Positions 1 through 9,423 of a stretch of DNA of 64,000 bases are shown piece after piece. Each line of letters starts with the position of its first letter. The stretch's first letter is position 1. The position numbers and the translations under genes are program-made. The stretch is from Bacteriovorax stolpii. Its GTDB lineage: Bacteria; Bdellovibrionota; Bacteriovoracia; Bacteriovoracales; Bacteriovoracaceae. Below the pieces are notes generated by a model, which saw only the letters and a program-made list of their open reading frames with translations, had not been told where the DNA came from and searched no databases. The stretch is from the NCBI GenBank assembly GCA_945905815.1, contig CAMDQH010000008.1, positions 3,126 to 67,125 on the forward strand, given 5' to 3'.

Positions 1-1987
1 TCCTAAAAATAAGTTTTACATAGTTTCTTGTTTCAAGAAATGGGATGGATTCAATATTTTTCAAGATGGTAGCATCAGAGTCAAAAAGAGAATCTTTCCA
101 ACGCTCAACTCTTCCTTCACCTGCATTATAAGCAGCTAAAACATAAACAAGATTGCCGTCATAGCGCTTCATTAAACCTTTAAAATATTTCGTACCAAGT
201 TCAATATTAATGCCCGGGTTTACTAAGTGCTTATCACGCACAGAACGCCTAAGACGACGCGCAGTTGCCGGCATGAGTTGCATAAGGCCTCTAGCACCAA
301 CGGGAGATCTGGCAAGTGGATTAAAAACGGACTCTTGCCTAATAAGAGAGAGAGGAATTATTGGATCCAACGTGTCTTTTTTAAGAGCGCGAGCTACATC
401 ATCTAAGTATGGTCGGGGATAAAGTATTTCAAGCAGGGCACGATTAAAGATAACTTCTTTTTTCTCTAGGGCTTCATACAAGTATCGAAAAGTTGAAAGA
501 TAATTTCTTGAATCAAGTATTAATCTAGCATTAATGAGATGAAGGTCAGATCTCGCATTTGTTTGTTTATCGGTTGGAAGGTTAACTAGAAAATCTGGAA
601 TGCTATGAAGTCTAAGCCTTTTAACCTCTATTTTAATCAGCCTCTGCGAATCAATCTTTGCCCAAGCCTTAAGCCTTATTAAGGAAGAGTGAAAATCAGA
701 GGTTAAAAGTTTTGAATCAAATGAAAGATCCTCAGATTTTAAAGTCGTATGATCTGAGTAAAAGCTAACTACGGGGGATTCATTATTGATTAGCTTGATT
801 TTTTTTACTGCCATAATAGCGTAATAGCTGAGCGGATTATTGAAGACGATGTCCTCATAATAGGGAAGGGATTTCTTGGGATCATTTAGAACTTCAAATA
901 AGTAGGCAATCCAAAACTTTAAGCGTGGATCAAGTATTTTGGTCTTATCATTTAAAAGGTCATGCTTACCAGCAAGAGCAAGAGCCTCTTTAAATTCGTT
1001 TTGAGAAAGATGGGTCCAAAGGTAGAAAAAAAGAGCATCTTCTTGAATCTCTTTGTTGTTTTTTGTAACAATATACTTAAAAATATTTCTCGAAAGATCT
1101 TTAAAATTTGCTCTAAACACTGATTTGGCAAAATCATTGAGTCGCGTAAGACATAGACCAACAGGTAAATGATCCTGATTAAGCTCGATGTAATTTTTCA
1201 TAAAGGTAAAATGTTCTTTTACTTTATCATTCGTAGAAGTATCTAAACCTTTGTAACCTTGTTCAATTAATTTACCAAATTCTAAGTAAAAAACATTCTG
1301 AGTTTGAACGAGACTAAAACCTCGGTCTTGTATGAGTTTAGTGATTTGTTCGTTAATTAAAATATCTTTTAAGACTTCCTGAGAAGGAACGATATTATGT
1401 AAAACACTAAAAGTTGTTACTTCCTGAGAAATTTTCTTTAAAACTTCCGGATTAGTTGTTTGGGCTTGTATGAAAGCTGCAAAATTCTTTTTATTTTTTT
1501 TTGTGAGGTAGGATTTTAGATTTTCCTGAATGAACTGGGTGGCGTCATCGGAAATCATTTTGTTTTTTTCGATATCCTTTGATATTCCTAAAAGCGCTTT
1601 CTCACGACAAAAATTACCTGCAATTCTTGTGATAACTTTTTCCAAATTGAAAGTTTCTTTTTTAAGCTTATGTTGGGTGCAATATACGATAAGATCAGAT
1701 GTTTTGGTAAAGTTAGAAATTTCTTGTATGACGTGTAACCATGGTACAAACAATTGAAAGTTTTTATTTGTTCCTATTTCCTTGATTGATTTTTTAATCG
1801 TCTCTTTTTTAACATCACCTTTTTCTATCAATTTAATAATGCTAACCATGTGTTCAGCGGCAACGTGATCTGAGCGCGTAAGTTTCAGATTTTCTGAATT
1901 AGCAAAGCTTGCATGAGAATGCTGCAAAGGCTGCGAATGAGCCAAACTAGTGAAAATGAATAATGAAATGATTAAAAAGAAATTCAT
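1..1987 (-). CDS. slt: soluble lytic murein transglycosylase (Slt70-like), C-terminus cut by window edge
   Basis: Absent from the ORF track because there is no stop inside the window. The minus strand from the ATG at 1985-1987 reads a signal peptide, MNFFLIISLFIFTSLAHSQP. The same frame at about 190-400 reads IRQESVFNPLARSPVGARGLMQLMPATARRL...VLAAYNAGEGRV, which are the SLT/GH23 catalytic E-S, GLMQ and AYNAG motifs. Confidence 0.8.
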   Translation of the reverse strand, partial: MNFFLIISLFIFTSLAHSQPLQHSHASFANSENLKLTRSDHVAAEHMVSIIKLIEKGDVKKETIKKSIKEIGTNKNFQLFVPWLHVIQEISNFTKTSDLIVYCTQHKLKKETFNLEKVITRIAGNFCREKALLGISKDIEKNKMISDDATQFIQENLKSYLTKKNKKNFAAFIQAQTTNPEVLKKISQEVTTFSVLHNIVPSQEVLKDILINEQITKLIQDRGFSLVQTQNVFYLEFGKLIEQGYKGLDTSTNDKVKEHFTFMKNYIELNQDHLPVGLCLTRLNDFAKSVFRANFKDLSRNIFKYIVTKNNKEIQEDALFFYLWTHLSQNEFKEALALAGKHDLLNDKTKILDPRLKFWIAYLFEVLNDPKKSLPYYEDIVFNNPLSYYAIMAVKKIKLINNESPVVSFYSDHTTLKSEDLSFDSKLLTSDFHSSLIRLKAWAKIDSQRLIKIEVKRLRLHSIPDFLVNLPTDKQTNARSDLHLINARLILDSRNYLSTFRYLYEALEKKEVIFNRALLEILYPRPYLDDVARALKKDTLDPIIPLSLIRQESVFNPLARSPVGARGLMQLMPATARRLRRSVRDKHLVNPGINIELGTKYFKGLMKRYDGNLVYVLAAYNAGEGRVERWKDSLFDSDATILKNIESIPFLETRNYVKLIFR

Positions 1988-2058
1988 GGCCTCAAGTCTT
2001 GGTCTCCATCATGGAAACTAGCTATAAGTATATCAAACTTCGGTTTTTTTTACACTGA

Positions 2059-2634
2059 TTAAAGGCTTTCTTTGTAACGAGATTTTATATCTATTAAGCG
2101 TCGAGATATTTCGGCAAGAATAGGTTTTTTGTCATCAGGTACAACGGGAACTAAGTTTTCAATGTAAAGGGCAACTTCTTCTACATATTGAAAATCATTT
2201 TCTTGATTAAATGAAACAGATTCAAGAAATAAACTAACTTCCTCAGCTACATCATGAAAATGATCTCCATTTCTAAATGTTAATTGAGATATTGGTTTCC
2301 CTTGTCTGATGCCTAATAAGTGATTTTTGAGTTTGTGCATTGGCCCAGCAATTTTATGTGTCAAGAATATAAACATGATGAAAACCATGGTTATAAAAAC
2401 TAACTGGATTCCACCAAGAAAAATGATAAGGTCGGTTTGGGCCAATTTCATGTTTTGTTGAAGACTTGGAAAGCGAGTCATTAATTCAGTAAAAAAATCC
2501 ATCAAAATAATGGGATAAATAAGACTTGAGATGAAGATAATCGAACATACAATCAAGCTGAAACTCAATTGGAAGCCGGGATCAACTAAAAAAATGGAAC
2601 GTTTATAAAAAGCCAATGCATTAATCCTATTCAA
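2059..2634 (-). CDS. membrane protein with HAMP-like linker (function unknown)
   Basis: 191 aa ORF with two hydrophobic helices followed by THKIAGPMHKLKNHL, which resembles the HRIAGP-type HAMP-like linker. No output domain recognised. Confidence 0.5.
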   Translation of the reverse strand: MNRINALAFYKRSIFLVDPGFQLSFSLIVCSIIFISSLIYPIILMDFFTELMTRFPSLQQNMKLAQTDLIIFLGGIQLVFITMVFIMFIFLTHKIAGPMHKLKNHLLGIRQGKPISQLTFRNGDHFHDVAEEVSLFLESVSFNQENDFQYVEEVALYIENLVPVVPDDKKPILAEISRRLIDIKSRYKESL

Positions 2635-2737
2635 GGTTTCATATCAATCATAAAATGATCTTGGAATTTGTACCAGATAGAAATATCAAGAATTTCAAAC
2701 AAACAAATATACTCAGGATTTGAGAAGGATATTTACA

Positions 2738-3913
2738 ATGATTAACGATATCAAAGGCCGTTTAAACCAAATAGTCAATCCTGCGTCAGGAAAAAGCTTT
2801 GAAGAAGAGAAGCGCTGGAAGCATGTAAGTCTAGATGGAGAAAAGTTAGTTGCGGAATACAACCGTGATGGGATCTCTCCTTCTGAAAAAAGAGCAATTG
2901 AGGGCGAAATCACTAAGTCACTCAGTGATCTATTAGTCATTGATAACATAATGATAAAAACAACATCCACTCAATCTCAGGATGTTTTTAAGGCACTTGA
3001 TAAACAATCTGAAGCCCCTGCCCCTATAGTGGCAACTCAGCCAGCGCAGATTAAGCCTGGTCACGGGACAATTGATAAAAAGAAACCAGTTCCTGGGGTT
3101 GATAAAATTATTGCGATCGGTTCTGGTAAAGGCGGGGTCGGTAAATCTACGTTCACTGCCAATCTGGCACTTTCCTTGGCCAGACAAGGCAAAAAAGTTG
3201 GGGTTATCGATGCGGATATTTATGGGCCTTCGCTTCCGATGATTTTTGGTAAACGTGAAGAAAAACCTCGTTCTAATTCGGAGAAAAAAATAATACCCGT
3301 GGAATCATTCGGAATTAAATTCATGAGCTTTGGATTTTTTATAAATGAAGGTGATCCTGTTATTTGGCGAGGACCAATGTTGGGCGGAGTTCTTAATCAA
3401 TTTCTTTTTGACGTTGATTGGACCGGTCTAGATTATTTATTGATTGATCTTCCTCCTGGCACTGGAGACATTCAATTATCAATGATTCAAAATTCTCATG
3501 TTGATGGAGCAATAATTATTTCTACTCCACAGGATATTGCCCTTTTAGATGCTAAAAAAGGCCTTGAGATGTTTAAGAAACTTAACCTTCCTATTATTGG
3601 CATGGTTGAGAATATGAGCTCATTTATTTGTACCAGCTGCGGAACTGAACACCATATCTTTGGTCAGGGTGGGGTAGCAAAAGCTGTTGAGCAACTTGAG
3701 GTTCCCTTTCTTGGTTCAATTCCGCTTGAGATGGAGCTTCGTTCAGGTTCAGATATAGGTGTTCCATACATGACCCAGGAAAAATTTAATGACCGCTTGG
3801 TATGGAAGGCCTTTGAAGAAATAAGTTGTAAGGTAGATAGTTTTTTTAAACCTAAACCTATTGACCAGGGCAAAAATGGCTTTTTTTCTAAAATCTTAGG
3901 ACTGGGAAAATAA
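2738..3913 (+). CDS. mrp: Mrp/ApbC/NBP35-family Fe-S cluster carrier ATPase
   Basis: Deviant Walker A GSGKGGVGKSTFTANLA, DADIYGPSLP, and a CxxC (CTSCG) near the C-terminus. The track ORF starts at TTG 2720, but ATG 2738 has an AAGGA SD 8 nt upstream. Confidence 0.9.
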   Translation: MINDIKGRLNQIVNPASGKSFEEEKRWKHVSLDGEKLVAEYNRDGISPSEKRAIEGEITKSLSDLLVIDNIMIKTTSTQSQDVFKALDKQSEAPAPIVATQPAQIKPGHGTIDKKKPVPGVDKIIAIGSGKGGVGKSTFTANLALSLARQGKKVGVIDADIYGPSLPMIFGKREEKPRSNSEKKIIPVESFGIKFMSFGFFINEGDPVIWRGPMLGGVLNQFLFDVDWTGLDYLLIDLPPGTGDIQLSMIQNSHVDGAIIISTPQDIALLDAKKGLEMFKKLNLPIIGMVENMSSFICTSCGTEHHIFGQGGVAKAVEQLEVPFLGSIPLEMELRSGSDIGVPYMTQEKFNDRLVWKAFEEISCKVDSFFKPKPIDQGKNGFFSKILGLGK

Positions 3914-4482
3914 TGGAGGCCGAATTTAAAATCCTTGAAACGATTGAAGAACAGATAGCAGTTCAGTTTACTGGAAAAGTAAATGTGCTCTCTACTTTCA
4001 ATCGTCAGTACCTTGGTCACTTATTATTCAAAGATGGCGAAATTTTTCAAGTCGTGTTTCAAAACTTCAAGGGACTAAAAGCTTTTTATCAGCTCATTAT
4101 TCAGGAGTTTTGTTTACAGTCATTTAATTACGTTGTTGAGCCCGAAGTTGTAGAGGATAAAGAACGTCAGATACATTACCCATACGCCGTGATGAGAAAT
4201 AAAATGTCGGATGTTATAAAACAATACCGAGACTCGCTAAAATTTAGACCACCTGAAAATGTTAAAATAATCATTGATCATGAATTCATTGAGGACATTC
4301 TGCCTGTTACAGCACAAGAGTTTGAGGTCCTTGAAACCCTCACTGAGTGGAGCAGCCCTTTTGACATCTACCAGCATTGCCAGCTGCTAGATCATGAAAT
4401 TACTTGGGCTTTGGTCAGTTTACGTAAAAAAACGGCCCTCAAGATCATCGCTGTTCGAAACAAGGCTGATGACAGTCTCTGA
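3913..4482 (+). CDS. hypothetical protein, N-terminal DUF4388-like domain
   Basis: 189 aa. The start overlaps the mrp stop (TAATG). The N-terminal pattern FTGKVNVL...GHLLFKDGEIFQVVF...GLKAFYQLI resembles the DUF4388 fold by eye only. Confidence 0.45.
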   Translation: MEAEFKILETIEEQIAVQFTGKVNVLSTFNRQYLGHLLFKDGEIFQVVFQNFKGLKAFYQLIIQEFCLQSFNYVVEPEVVEDKERQIHYPYAVMRNKMSDVIKQYRDSLKFRPPENVKIIIDHEFIEDILPVTAQEFEVLETLTEWSSPFDIYQHCQLLDHEITWALVSLRKKTALKIIAVRNKADDSL

Positions 4483-4523
4483 AAAAGGGGTAAAATGGCA
4501 CAAAATTTTATCTAGGGGTCAGC

Positions 4524-4715
4524 ATGAAATCTCAAAAGCAAAATCAAGGTGAATTGAAAGAGATCAAAGTAAAAATTGAAAAAGGTGTGGCAGAAGACTT
4601 CGAAAAAATGGTGAAAAACACTAATATTACTCTAGATGATTTAATCGTAATAGCGATGAAACGTTTCCGGTCTTCTCATACAGACTATCTCAAAATTGTA
4701 CCAATGACTGAATAA
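4524..4715 (+). CDS. small protein, possible ribbon-helix-helix DNA-binding fold
   Basis: 63 aa. KEIKVKIEKG (strand), VAEDFEKMVKNT (helix) and ITLDDLIVIAMKRF (helix) fit an RHH pattern. Followed by a strong terminator. Confidence 0.4.
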   Translation: MKSQKQNQGELKEIKVKIEKGVAEDFEKMVKNTNITLDDLIVIAMKRFRSSHTDYLKIVPMTE

Positions 4716-4718
4716 ATG

Positions 4719-4743
4719 AAGGCTCCGAAAGGAGCCTTTTTTT
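4719..4743 (+). terminator. rho-independent terminator
   Basis: AAGGCTCC-GAAA-GGAGCCTT stem-loop followed by a T run. Confidence 0.8.
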
Positions 4744-4781
4744 TTAGTATCACTCCAAAAAATGCATTATTTTCATTCAAA

Positions 4782-4800
4782 AATTGTCTAAATATTAGAC
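4782..4800. promoter_or_regulatory. 8-3-8 perfect palindrome TTGTCTAA-ATA-TTAGACAA (candidate operator)
   Basis: Read directly from the sequence. It lies in the intergenic region about 120 nt upstream of the 4920 start codon. Confidence 0.3.
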
Positions 4801-4919
4801 AATTTTGTATTATATCGTCAGCCAACCCTTAAAACCGTACATAAATTCCACACATTACCCATATGAGCCTTGGCCCATTGATTGCTTTATCAATGACAAA
4901 TGCACTCATGAGGTAATTT

Positions 4920-5792
4920 ATGAATTTTGGATACAATTCAAAGCAACTACTTGCCGGACTCACATTCGGTTTTCTGGTTGTCACAGGTACTTACAATGCG
5001 ATTGTAATTAACTCTGAATCAATGATTACCGGTACAGATGTGAGATTTGCAAAACGTCTGGATGAGGTCTACGGCGTTGTCGTATCAAAACGAGAAGTAG
5101 CTACTGCAATGACTTGGCAGAAATTAACAACAAAGCAGGCCTCTATATATAGATCTCAAAATATTGGTTCAGATAAAGATCTCCAAGCACCTTCTGCAGA
5201 GACAAATCAAGTAGAAGGAATAGCCCAGGCTGCCGTTCAGGAAGATCTAAATCTAAGTTTAACCGGTGTAATTAATCCTAAGAAATGGGCACAGGGCCTA
5301 AACAATACTCAATTTAATGGGAGTTTATCAACAAATCAGGGCGTGATAGAAACTCTAAGTGTTTCACTTCCTAAAGGTGAAGGTTTATCTGTTTCATTTT
5401 CTGAGATGACTGGAAATGTATTTGAATACGATTATGAAGGAGAACTTTATAGTGGGATGATGTATCAGGAAAATCAAAACTCTTACATTGTAACCCTAAC
5501 GAATGGTCCATTAGAGGGAACGCGTTTAACTTTTACTGGTGAAGCAGAAGCACCTGTCGAAAACGATATCCAACAAGATGGCCCTGAGAAACTAGTAGCG
5601 GAAAATACTGATACCGAAGCTGGAGCTCAACAGGAACAAGCGCCTGATCAAGAAGTTGCTCAACCGGACTCAGTCATTCAAACAGAGAATTTTCAAGCGC
5701 AGGATATATACGCGCAAGAACAGGGGCAATTAGATCAAAATCAAGAACAAGCACAAGGTATAAATTTTGAGCAAAATCAGGCATCTTTGTAA
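4920..5792 (+). CDS. hypothetical exported/membrane-anchored protein with acidic Q/E-rich tail
   Basis: 290 aa. GAGG SD 7 nt upstream, N-terminal hydrophobic helix LLAGLTFGFLVVTG, low-complexity Q/E/D C-terminus. Confidence 0.55.
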   Translation: MNFGYNSKQLLAGLTFGFLVVTGTYNAIVINSESMITGTDVRFAKRLDEVYGVVVSKREVATAMTWQKLTTKQASIYRSQNIGSDKDLQAPSAETNQVEGIAQAAVQEDLNLSLTGVINPKKWAQGLNNTQFNGSLSTNQGVIETLSVSLPKGEGLSVSFSEMTGNVFEYDYEGELYSGMMYQENQNSYIVTLTNGPLEGTRLTFTGEAEAPVENDIQQDGPEKLVAENTDTEAGAQQEQAPDQEVAQPDSVIQTENFQAQDIYAQEQGQLDQNQEQAQGINFEQNQASL

Positions 5793-5811
5793 TTCTATTT
5801 GTTATTAAACT

Positions 5812-5845
5812 TAAAAAAAAAGCCGACCCTAAGGCCGGCTTTTTA
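5812..5845. terminator. bidirectional rho-independent terminator
   Basis: A run, then AGCCGACC..GGCCGGCT stem, then T run, between convergent genes. Confidence 0.7.
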
Positions 5846-6808
5846 TTATCTACCTAATAATTTTTTAAACTCTTCAGTTAAAATTGGAACGATCGTAAAC
5901 AAGTCACCAACAATTCCATAATCCGCTTTCGTAAAAATAGGAGCATCTGGGTCAGTGTTGATAGCAACAATAACTTTCGAAGTTCTCATTCCAGCCAAAT
6001 GTTGAATTGCGCCTGATACACCACAAGCAATATACAAAGAAGGAGCAACTGTTTTACCAGTTTGTCCAACTTGCATAGCATGTGGAGCAAATCCAGAATC
6101 TACAGCTGCACGTGAAGCTCCAACTGTTGCACCGATAACATCTGCTAAATCATTTAGAATTTTAAAGTTTTCAGCATTTTTCATCGCACGTCCACCAGTT
6201 ACGATGATGTTAGCTTCAGTTAAATCTACTTTTGTAGAAGTAGCTTTAATGATTTCTTTAATGGCAGCACGGATTTCACCAGCGTTGGCATTAACGTCAG
6301 AAGCAGCTCCAGCTCCAGCAGTTGGATTTGGAGTCATACCAAGAGCATTGGGACGAATAGAAACAAAGTGTGGTTTAGGGCCAGTTAATTCAACTTTTGC
6401 TAAACATTTACCAGCAAATAGAGGACGTGTTCCTGCGAATACTCCCCCATCCATTGTGAAGTTTACAACATCAGAAGCAAGACCAGCTTGAAACTTAGTT
6501 GATAAACGTGGAAGTAAATCTTTTCCCATTGAAGTTGCGCCACCAAATACGTAGTCATAATTTTTAGATTTAATGAATTCAGCTAGAGCATTGGCATAAC
6601 CTTCAGGTGAATATTTATCTAAATTTGCACCTTTAAGTTTATGAACGTTTTGGGCGCCGTTTTTTGCAAGAATAGCAATCTGTTCTGCACTTATGTCACC
6701 AATCAATGCAACATCTGTAGATTGACCAGCAAGTTTTCCAAGAATTTCTAAAGTCACTGGCTTTACATGTCCATCATGAAGCTCAGTAAAAACTAATACG
6801 TTTGCCAT
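5846..6808 (-). CDS. etfA: electron transfer flavoprotein subunit alpha
   Basis: 320 aa with typical EtfA sequence, including the FAD-binding C-terminal region (LYIACGVSGAIQHLAGM). Confidence 0.93.
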   Translation of the reverse strand: MANVLVFTELHDGHVKPVTLEILGKLAGQSTDVALIGDISAEQIAILAKNGAQNVHKLKGANLDKYSPEGYANALAEFIKSKNYDYVFGGATSMGKDLLPRLSTKFQAGLASDVVNFTMDGGVFAGTRPLFAGKCLAKVELTGPKPHFVSIRPNALGMTPNPTAGAGAASDVNANAGEIRAAIKEIIKATSTKVDLTEANIIVTGGRAMKNAENFKILNDLADVIGATVGASRAAVDSGFAPHAMQVGQTGKTVAPSLYIACGVSGAIQHLAGMRTSKVIVAINTDPDAPIFTKADYGIVGDLFTIVPILTEEFKKLLGR

Positions 6809-6832
6809 ATAATTTCCTCTTTCAAATTAAAA

Positions 6833-7621
6833 TTAAAGAACCTTCGCTTCAGTACGTAACAAACCAACAACTTGAGCTACAACATCTTTTTGTTTTGCAG
6901 CGTCTGTTGCATCAAACTTTTTCCCAGCTGGTTTTTCAGGTGGAAGTTTGAATCCTGAATACTTAACTCGTCTGTCAGCATCAGTTACACCAACATCGGC
7001 CAAAGATAGTTGCGCTAATGGTTTTTTCTTAGCTTTCATAATTCCAGGAAGTGATGCGTATCTAGGAGTGTTAAGTCCTTTGTTACAAGCAAGCACAACA
7101 GGAGTTGCGATTTCGTAAACTTCAAGTGCTCCGCCTTCAACTTCGCGCTTAACTTTTACAGTTGTACCGTTCATTTCAAAACCAACGATGACTGAAACTG
7201 ATGGAAGGTTAAACATTTCCGCAAGGATTTGTGGAACCTGAAGACAGTCATCATCAATGGCCTGTTTACCGGCCAGGATAATATCTGGTTTTCTACCCGT
7301 TTTCTCAATAGCACCTTTTAGTGCTTTTGCAATTGAGTATGAATCAAGATTATCGCCAGCTGCAACATGAGATGCTTCATCAGCACCCATCGCCATAGCT
7401 GTACGAAGGGCCTCTGTATCTTTAACAGATCCAACTCGAACTACAGTTACGTTTGCTTCAGGGATTGTTGTCTTAATGAGAAGTGCTTGTTCAACAGCAT
7501 ATTCATCATACGGATTCATAATCCATTTTATCGAAGCTGTTTCAATGAAACTACCATCACTTGTTGGAATGATTTTTGTTTCTGTGTCGGGGACCTGCTT
7601 TACGCACACAAAAATATTCAT
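6833..7621 (-). CDS. etfB: electron transfer flavoprotein subunit beta
   Basis: 262 aa. MNIFVCVKQVPDTE N-terminus is typical of EtfB. Adjacent to etfA. Confidence 0.93.
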   Translation of the reverse strand: MNIFVCVKQVPDTETKIIPTSDGSFIETASIKWIMNPYDEYAVEQALLIKTTIPEANVTVVRVGSVKDTEALRTAMAMGADEASHVAAGDNLDSYSIAKALKGAIEKTGRKPDIILAGKQAIDDDCLQVPQILAEMFNLPSVSVIVGFEMNGTTVKVKREVEGGALEVYEIATPVVLACNKGLNTPRYASLPGIMKAKKKPLAQLSLADVGVTDADRRVKYSGFKLPPEKPAGKKFDATDAAKQKDVVAQVVGLLRTEAKVL

Positions 7622-7646
7622 AGTATCTCCTTTAGATTTATTTTTA

Positions 7647-8783
7647 TTATTTTAAAAGTTCACGGGACATAACAAGACGTTGTATCTGAGAAGTTCCTTC
7701 ATATATTTGGATTAGTTTTGCATCTCTCATGAGTTTTTCTACTGGATATTCTTTAGAGTAGCCGTAACCACCATAAATTTGTACTGCATCCGTAGTAATT
7801 TGCATACAAGAGTCAGAGGCAAATGCCTTGGCATAAGATGCTACTTCAGTATTTTTTATGCCCTGGTCACACATCCAGGCAGCTTTATGAACCAGAAGCC
7901 TAGAAGCCTCAATTTTCATTCCCATCTCAGCAATCATAAACTGAACTGCCTGATGCTTAGCAATTGGAACGCCAAATTGAATTCTTTCTTTGGCGTATTG
8001 GATGCTTAAATCTAGTGCTCTTTGTGCACCACCAAGGGCCGAAGAAGCAACTAGAGGTCGGGAGTGGTCAAGTGTACTCATTGCAATTGCCCACCCTTCA
8101 CCCGGTTTACCCAACATGTTTTCTTTCGGGACTTTTACATTGTTGAAACGAACTCCCCGCGTGTCAGATGAGCGGTGACCCATTTTATCTTCTTTTTTAC
8201 CGAGAACAATTCCCGCTGTTTTTGCATCGACTATGACAGCAGATATGCCTTTGTGCTTCAAGGTTACATCGATTGTTCCATAAACCACGAATAAGTCGGC
8301 ATAACCGGCATTCGTAATCCACATTTTTTCACCATTTATTATCCAGTGATCACCACCATCTTTGATACTTGTTTTAATGCCACCTGCATCAGAACCATTT
8401 CCAGGTTCAGTTAAACAAAAAGATGCAATTTTAAATTCTTGTGTAAAAGGTGTGAGGAATTTTTTCTTTTGTTCATCGGTTCCTCCAATAACGATAGGAA
8501 GGAGTGCCAGGTCATTTGCCATAAATGAGGTATTCATCCCCATACAGCCATACGCAAGAGATTCCCCAATAATGACTCCATCAAGCCCTGTAAATCCTGG
8601 TCCACCATATTCGGCCGGTATACAGACATTAATTAATCCTAGTTCCCATGCCTTTTTAAAAATTTCCGTGGGGAATGTACCCTTTTCATCATATTCTTGT
8701 GCAAGAGGAATCATTTCATTTCTTGCAAATTTAAGTGCAAGCTCGCGAATTTCACGTTGTTCTGATGTAAGTGCAAAGTCCAT
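7647..8783 (-). CDS. acyl-CoA dehydrogenase (short/medium-chain type)
   Basis: 378 aa with ACAD motifs (CLTEPGNGSDAGG, QIYGGYGYSKEYPVEKLMRDAKLIQIYEGTSQIQR). Sits upstream of etfBA. Confidence 0.92.
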   Translation of the reverse strand: MDFALTSEQREIRELALKFARNEMIPLAQEYDEKGTFPTEIFKKAWELGLINVCIPAEYGGPGFTGLDGVIIGESLAYGCMGMNTSFMANDLALLPIVIGGTDEQKKKFLTPFTQEFKIASFCLTEPGNGSDAGGIKTSIKDGGDHWIINGEKMWITNAGYADLFVVYGTIDVTLKHKGISAVIVDAKTAGIVLGKKEDKMGHRSSDTRGVRFNNVKVPKENMLGKPGEGWAIAMSTLDHSRPLVASSALGGAQRALDLSIQYAKERIQFGVPIAKHQAVQFMIAEMGMKIEASRLLVHKAAWMCDQGIKNTEVASYAKAFASDSCMQITTDAVQIYGGYGYSKEYPVEKLMRDAKLIQIYEGTSQIQRLVMSRELLK

Positions 8784-8803
8784 TATCTTATCCTTGATAA
8801 ATT

Positions 8804-9262
8804 CTAAACGGGGAAGGCTTCAATTTCAAATGACATGGGAATTGTAAAACATTTTTCTATAGTTTTAAAGAACGGTAACTCTTGTAATGGACGAATAACA
8901 AAACTTCTTTCAAGCCAGCGAGGATGTGGAATGTCGACAAACTTTGTGTGATGCGTTTCTAGGTTCCAAAAAACGATATCCATGTCGATTGTACGTGGTC
9001 CCCGTGAGACATTTCTAATTCTTCCCAAAGATTTTTCAGCTGCAAGGAGCCAAACCATGACTTCATCGGGCGAAAGTGTTGGAATTTGAAATTGTAAAAC
9101 TTGATTAAAAAAATCAGGCTGCGCTTCGTAATCAACAGCGGCCGATCTGTAAACGCGGCTTTCAGCAATTAGACTAAACTGATTAGAGAGTACATGCTTA
9201 GCCTCTTTTAAATTTTCTAAGGGGTGACCCTGGTTTGAGCCTGTTGCAATAATAAGAGACAT
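8804..9262 (-). CDS. folK: 2-amino-4-hydroxy-6-hydroxymethyldihydropteridine diphosphokinase (HPPK)
   Basis: 152 aa. GSNQG, RTIDMDIVFW and PHPRWLERSFVIRPL motifs. Confidence 0.88.
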   Translation of the reverse strand: MSLIIATGSNQGHPLENLKEAKHVLSNQFSLIAESRVYRSAAVDYEAQPDFFNQVLQFQIPTLSPDEVMVWLLAAEKSLGRIRNVSRGPRTIDMDIVFWNLETHHTKFVDIPHPRWLERSFVIRPLQELPFFKTIEKCFTIPMSFEIEAFPV

Positions 9263-9423
9263 TATTTTCTTTTGATTGCTGAATCTTTTAGTGGCCGATC
9301 TACCTGAATGTCTGGGTAATTGTCTAAAACTGAGGGAGTAGTCTGGTCGGCTGGGGAAACAGGATTTCCTTTAACTCCACAACCGATAAAAATAAAAAGA
9401 AGAAATAATAAATTAAAATTCAA
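9262..9423 (-). CDS. small lipoprotein, LptM/YifL-like lipobox (53 aa, below the ORF-track cutoff)
   Basis: Hand translation gives (TTG)NFNLLFLLFIFIGCGVKGNPVSPADQTTPSVLDNYPDIQVDRPLKDSAIKRK*. The GCGxKG lipobox motif is like the YifL/LptM family. Its stop overlaps the folK start (TAATG). The TTG start overlaps the upstream gene end by 11 nt. Confidence 0.45.
   Translation of the reverse strand: MNFNLLFLLFIFIGCGVKGNPVSPADQTTPSVLDNYPDIQVDRPLKDSAIKRK

Noticed and set aside
3165-3180. TGGCAC-N5-TTGGC sigma-54-like match
   Set aside because: It lies inside the mrp coding sequence, the -12 element deviates from the consensus (TTGGC), and no downstream gene start exists.
4805-5011. 68-aa plus-strand ORF (TTG start)
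   Set aside because: It overlaps, out of frame, the start of the 290-aa ORF, which has a proper SD. The Cys/His-rich product is implausible.
6204-6491. 95-aa plus-strand ORF
   Set aside because: It is antisense to etfA and is an A/P/G-rich shadow frame of a GC-richer, highly conserved gene.
8362-8847. 161-aa plus-strand ORF
   Set aside because: It is entirely antisense to the strongly conserved acyl-CoA dehydrogenase and folK genes. Its composition (S/P/R-rich) is typical of a shadow frame.
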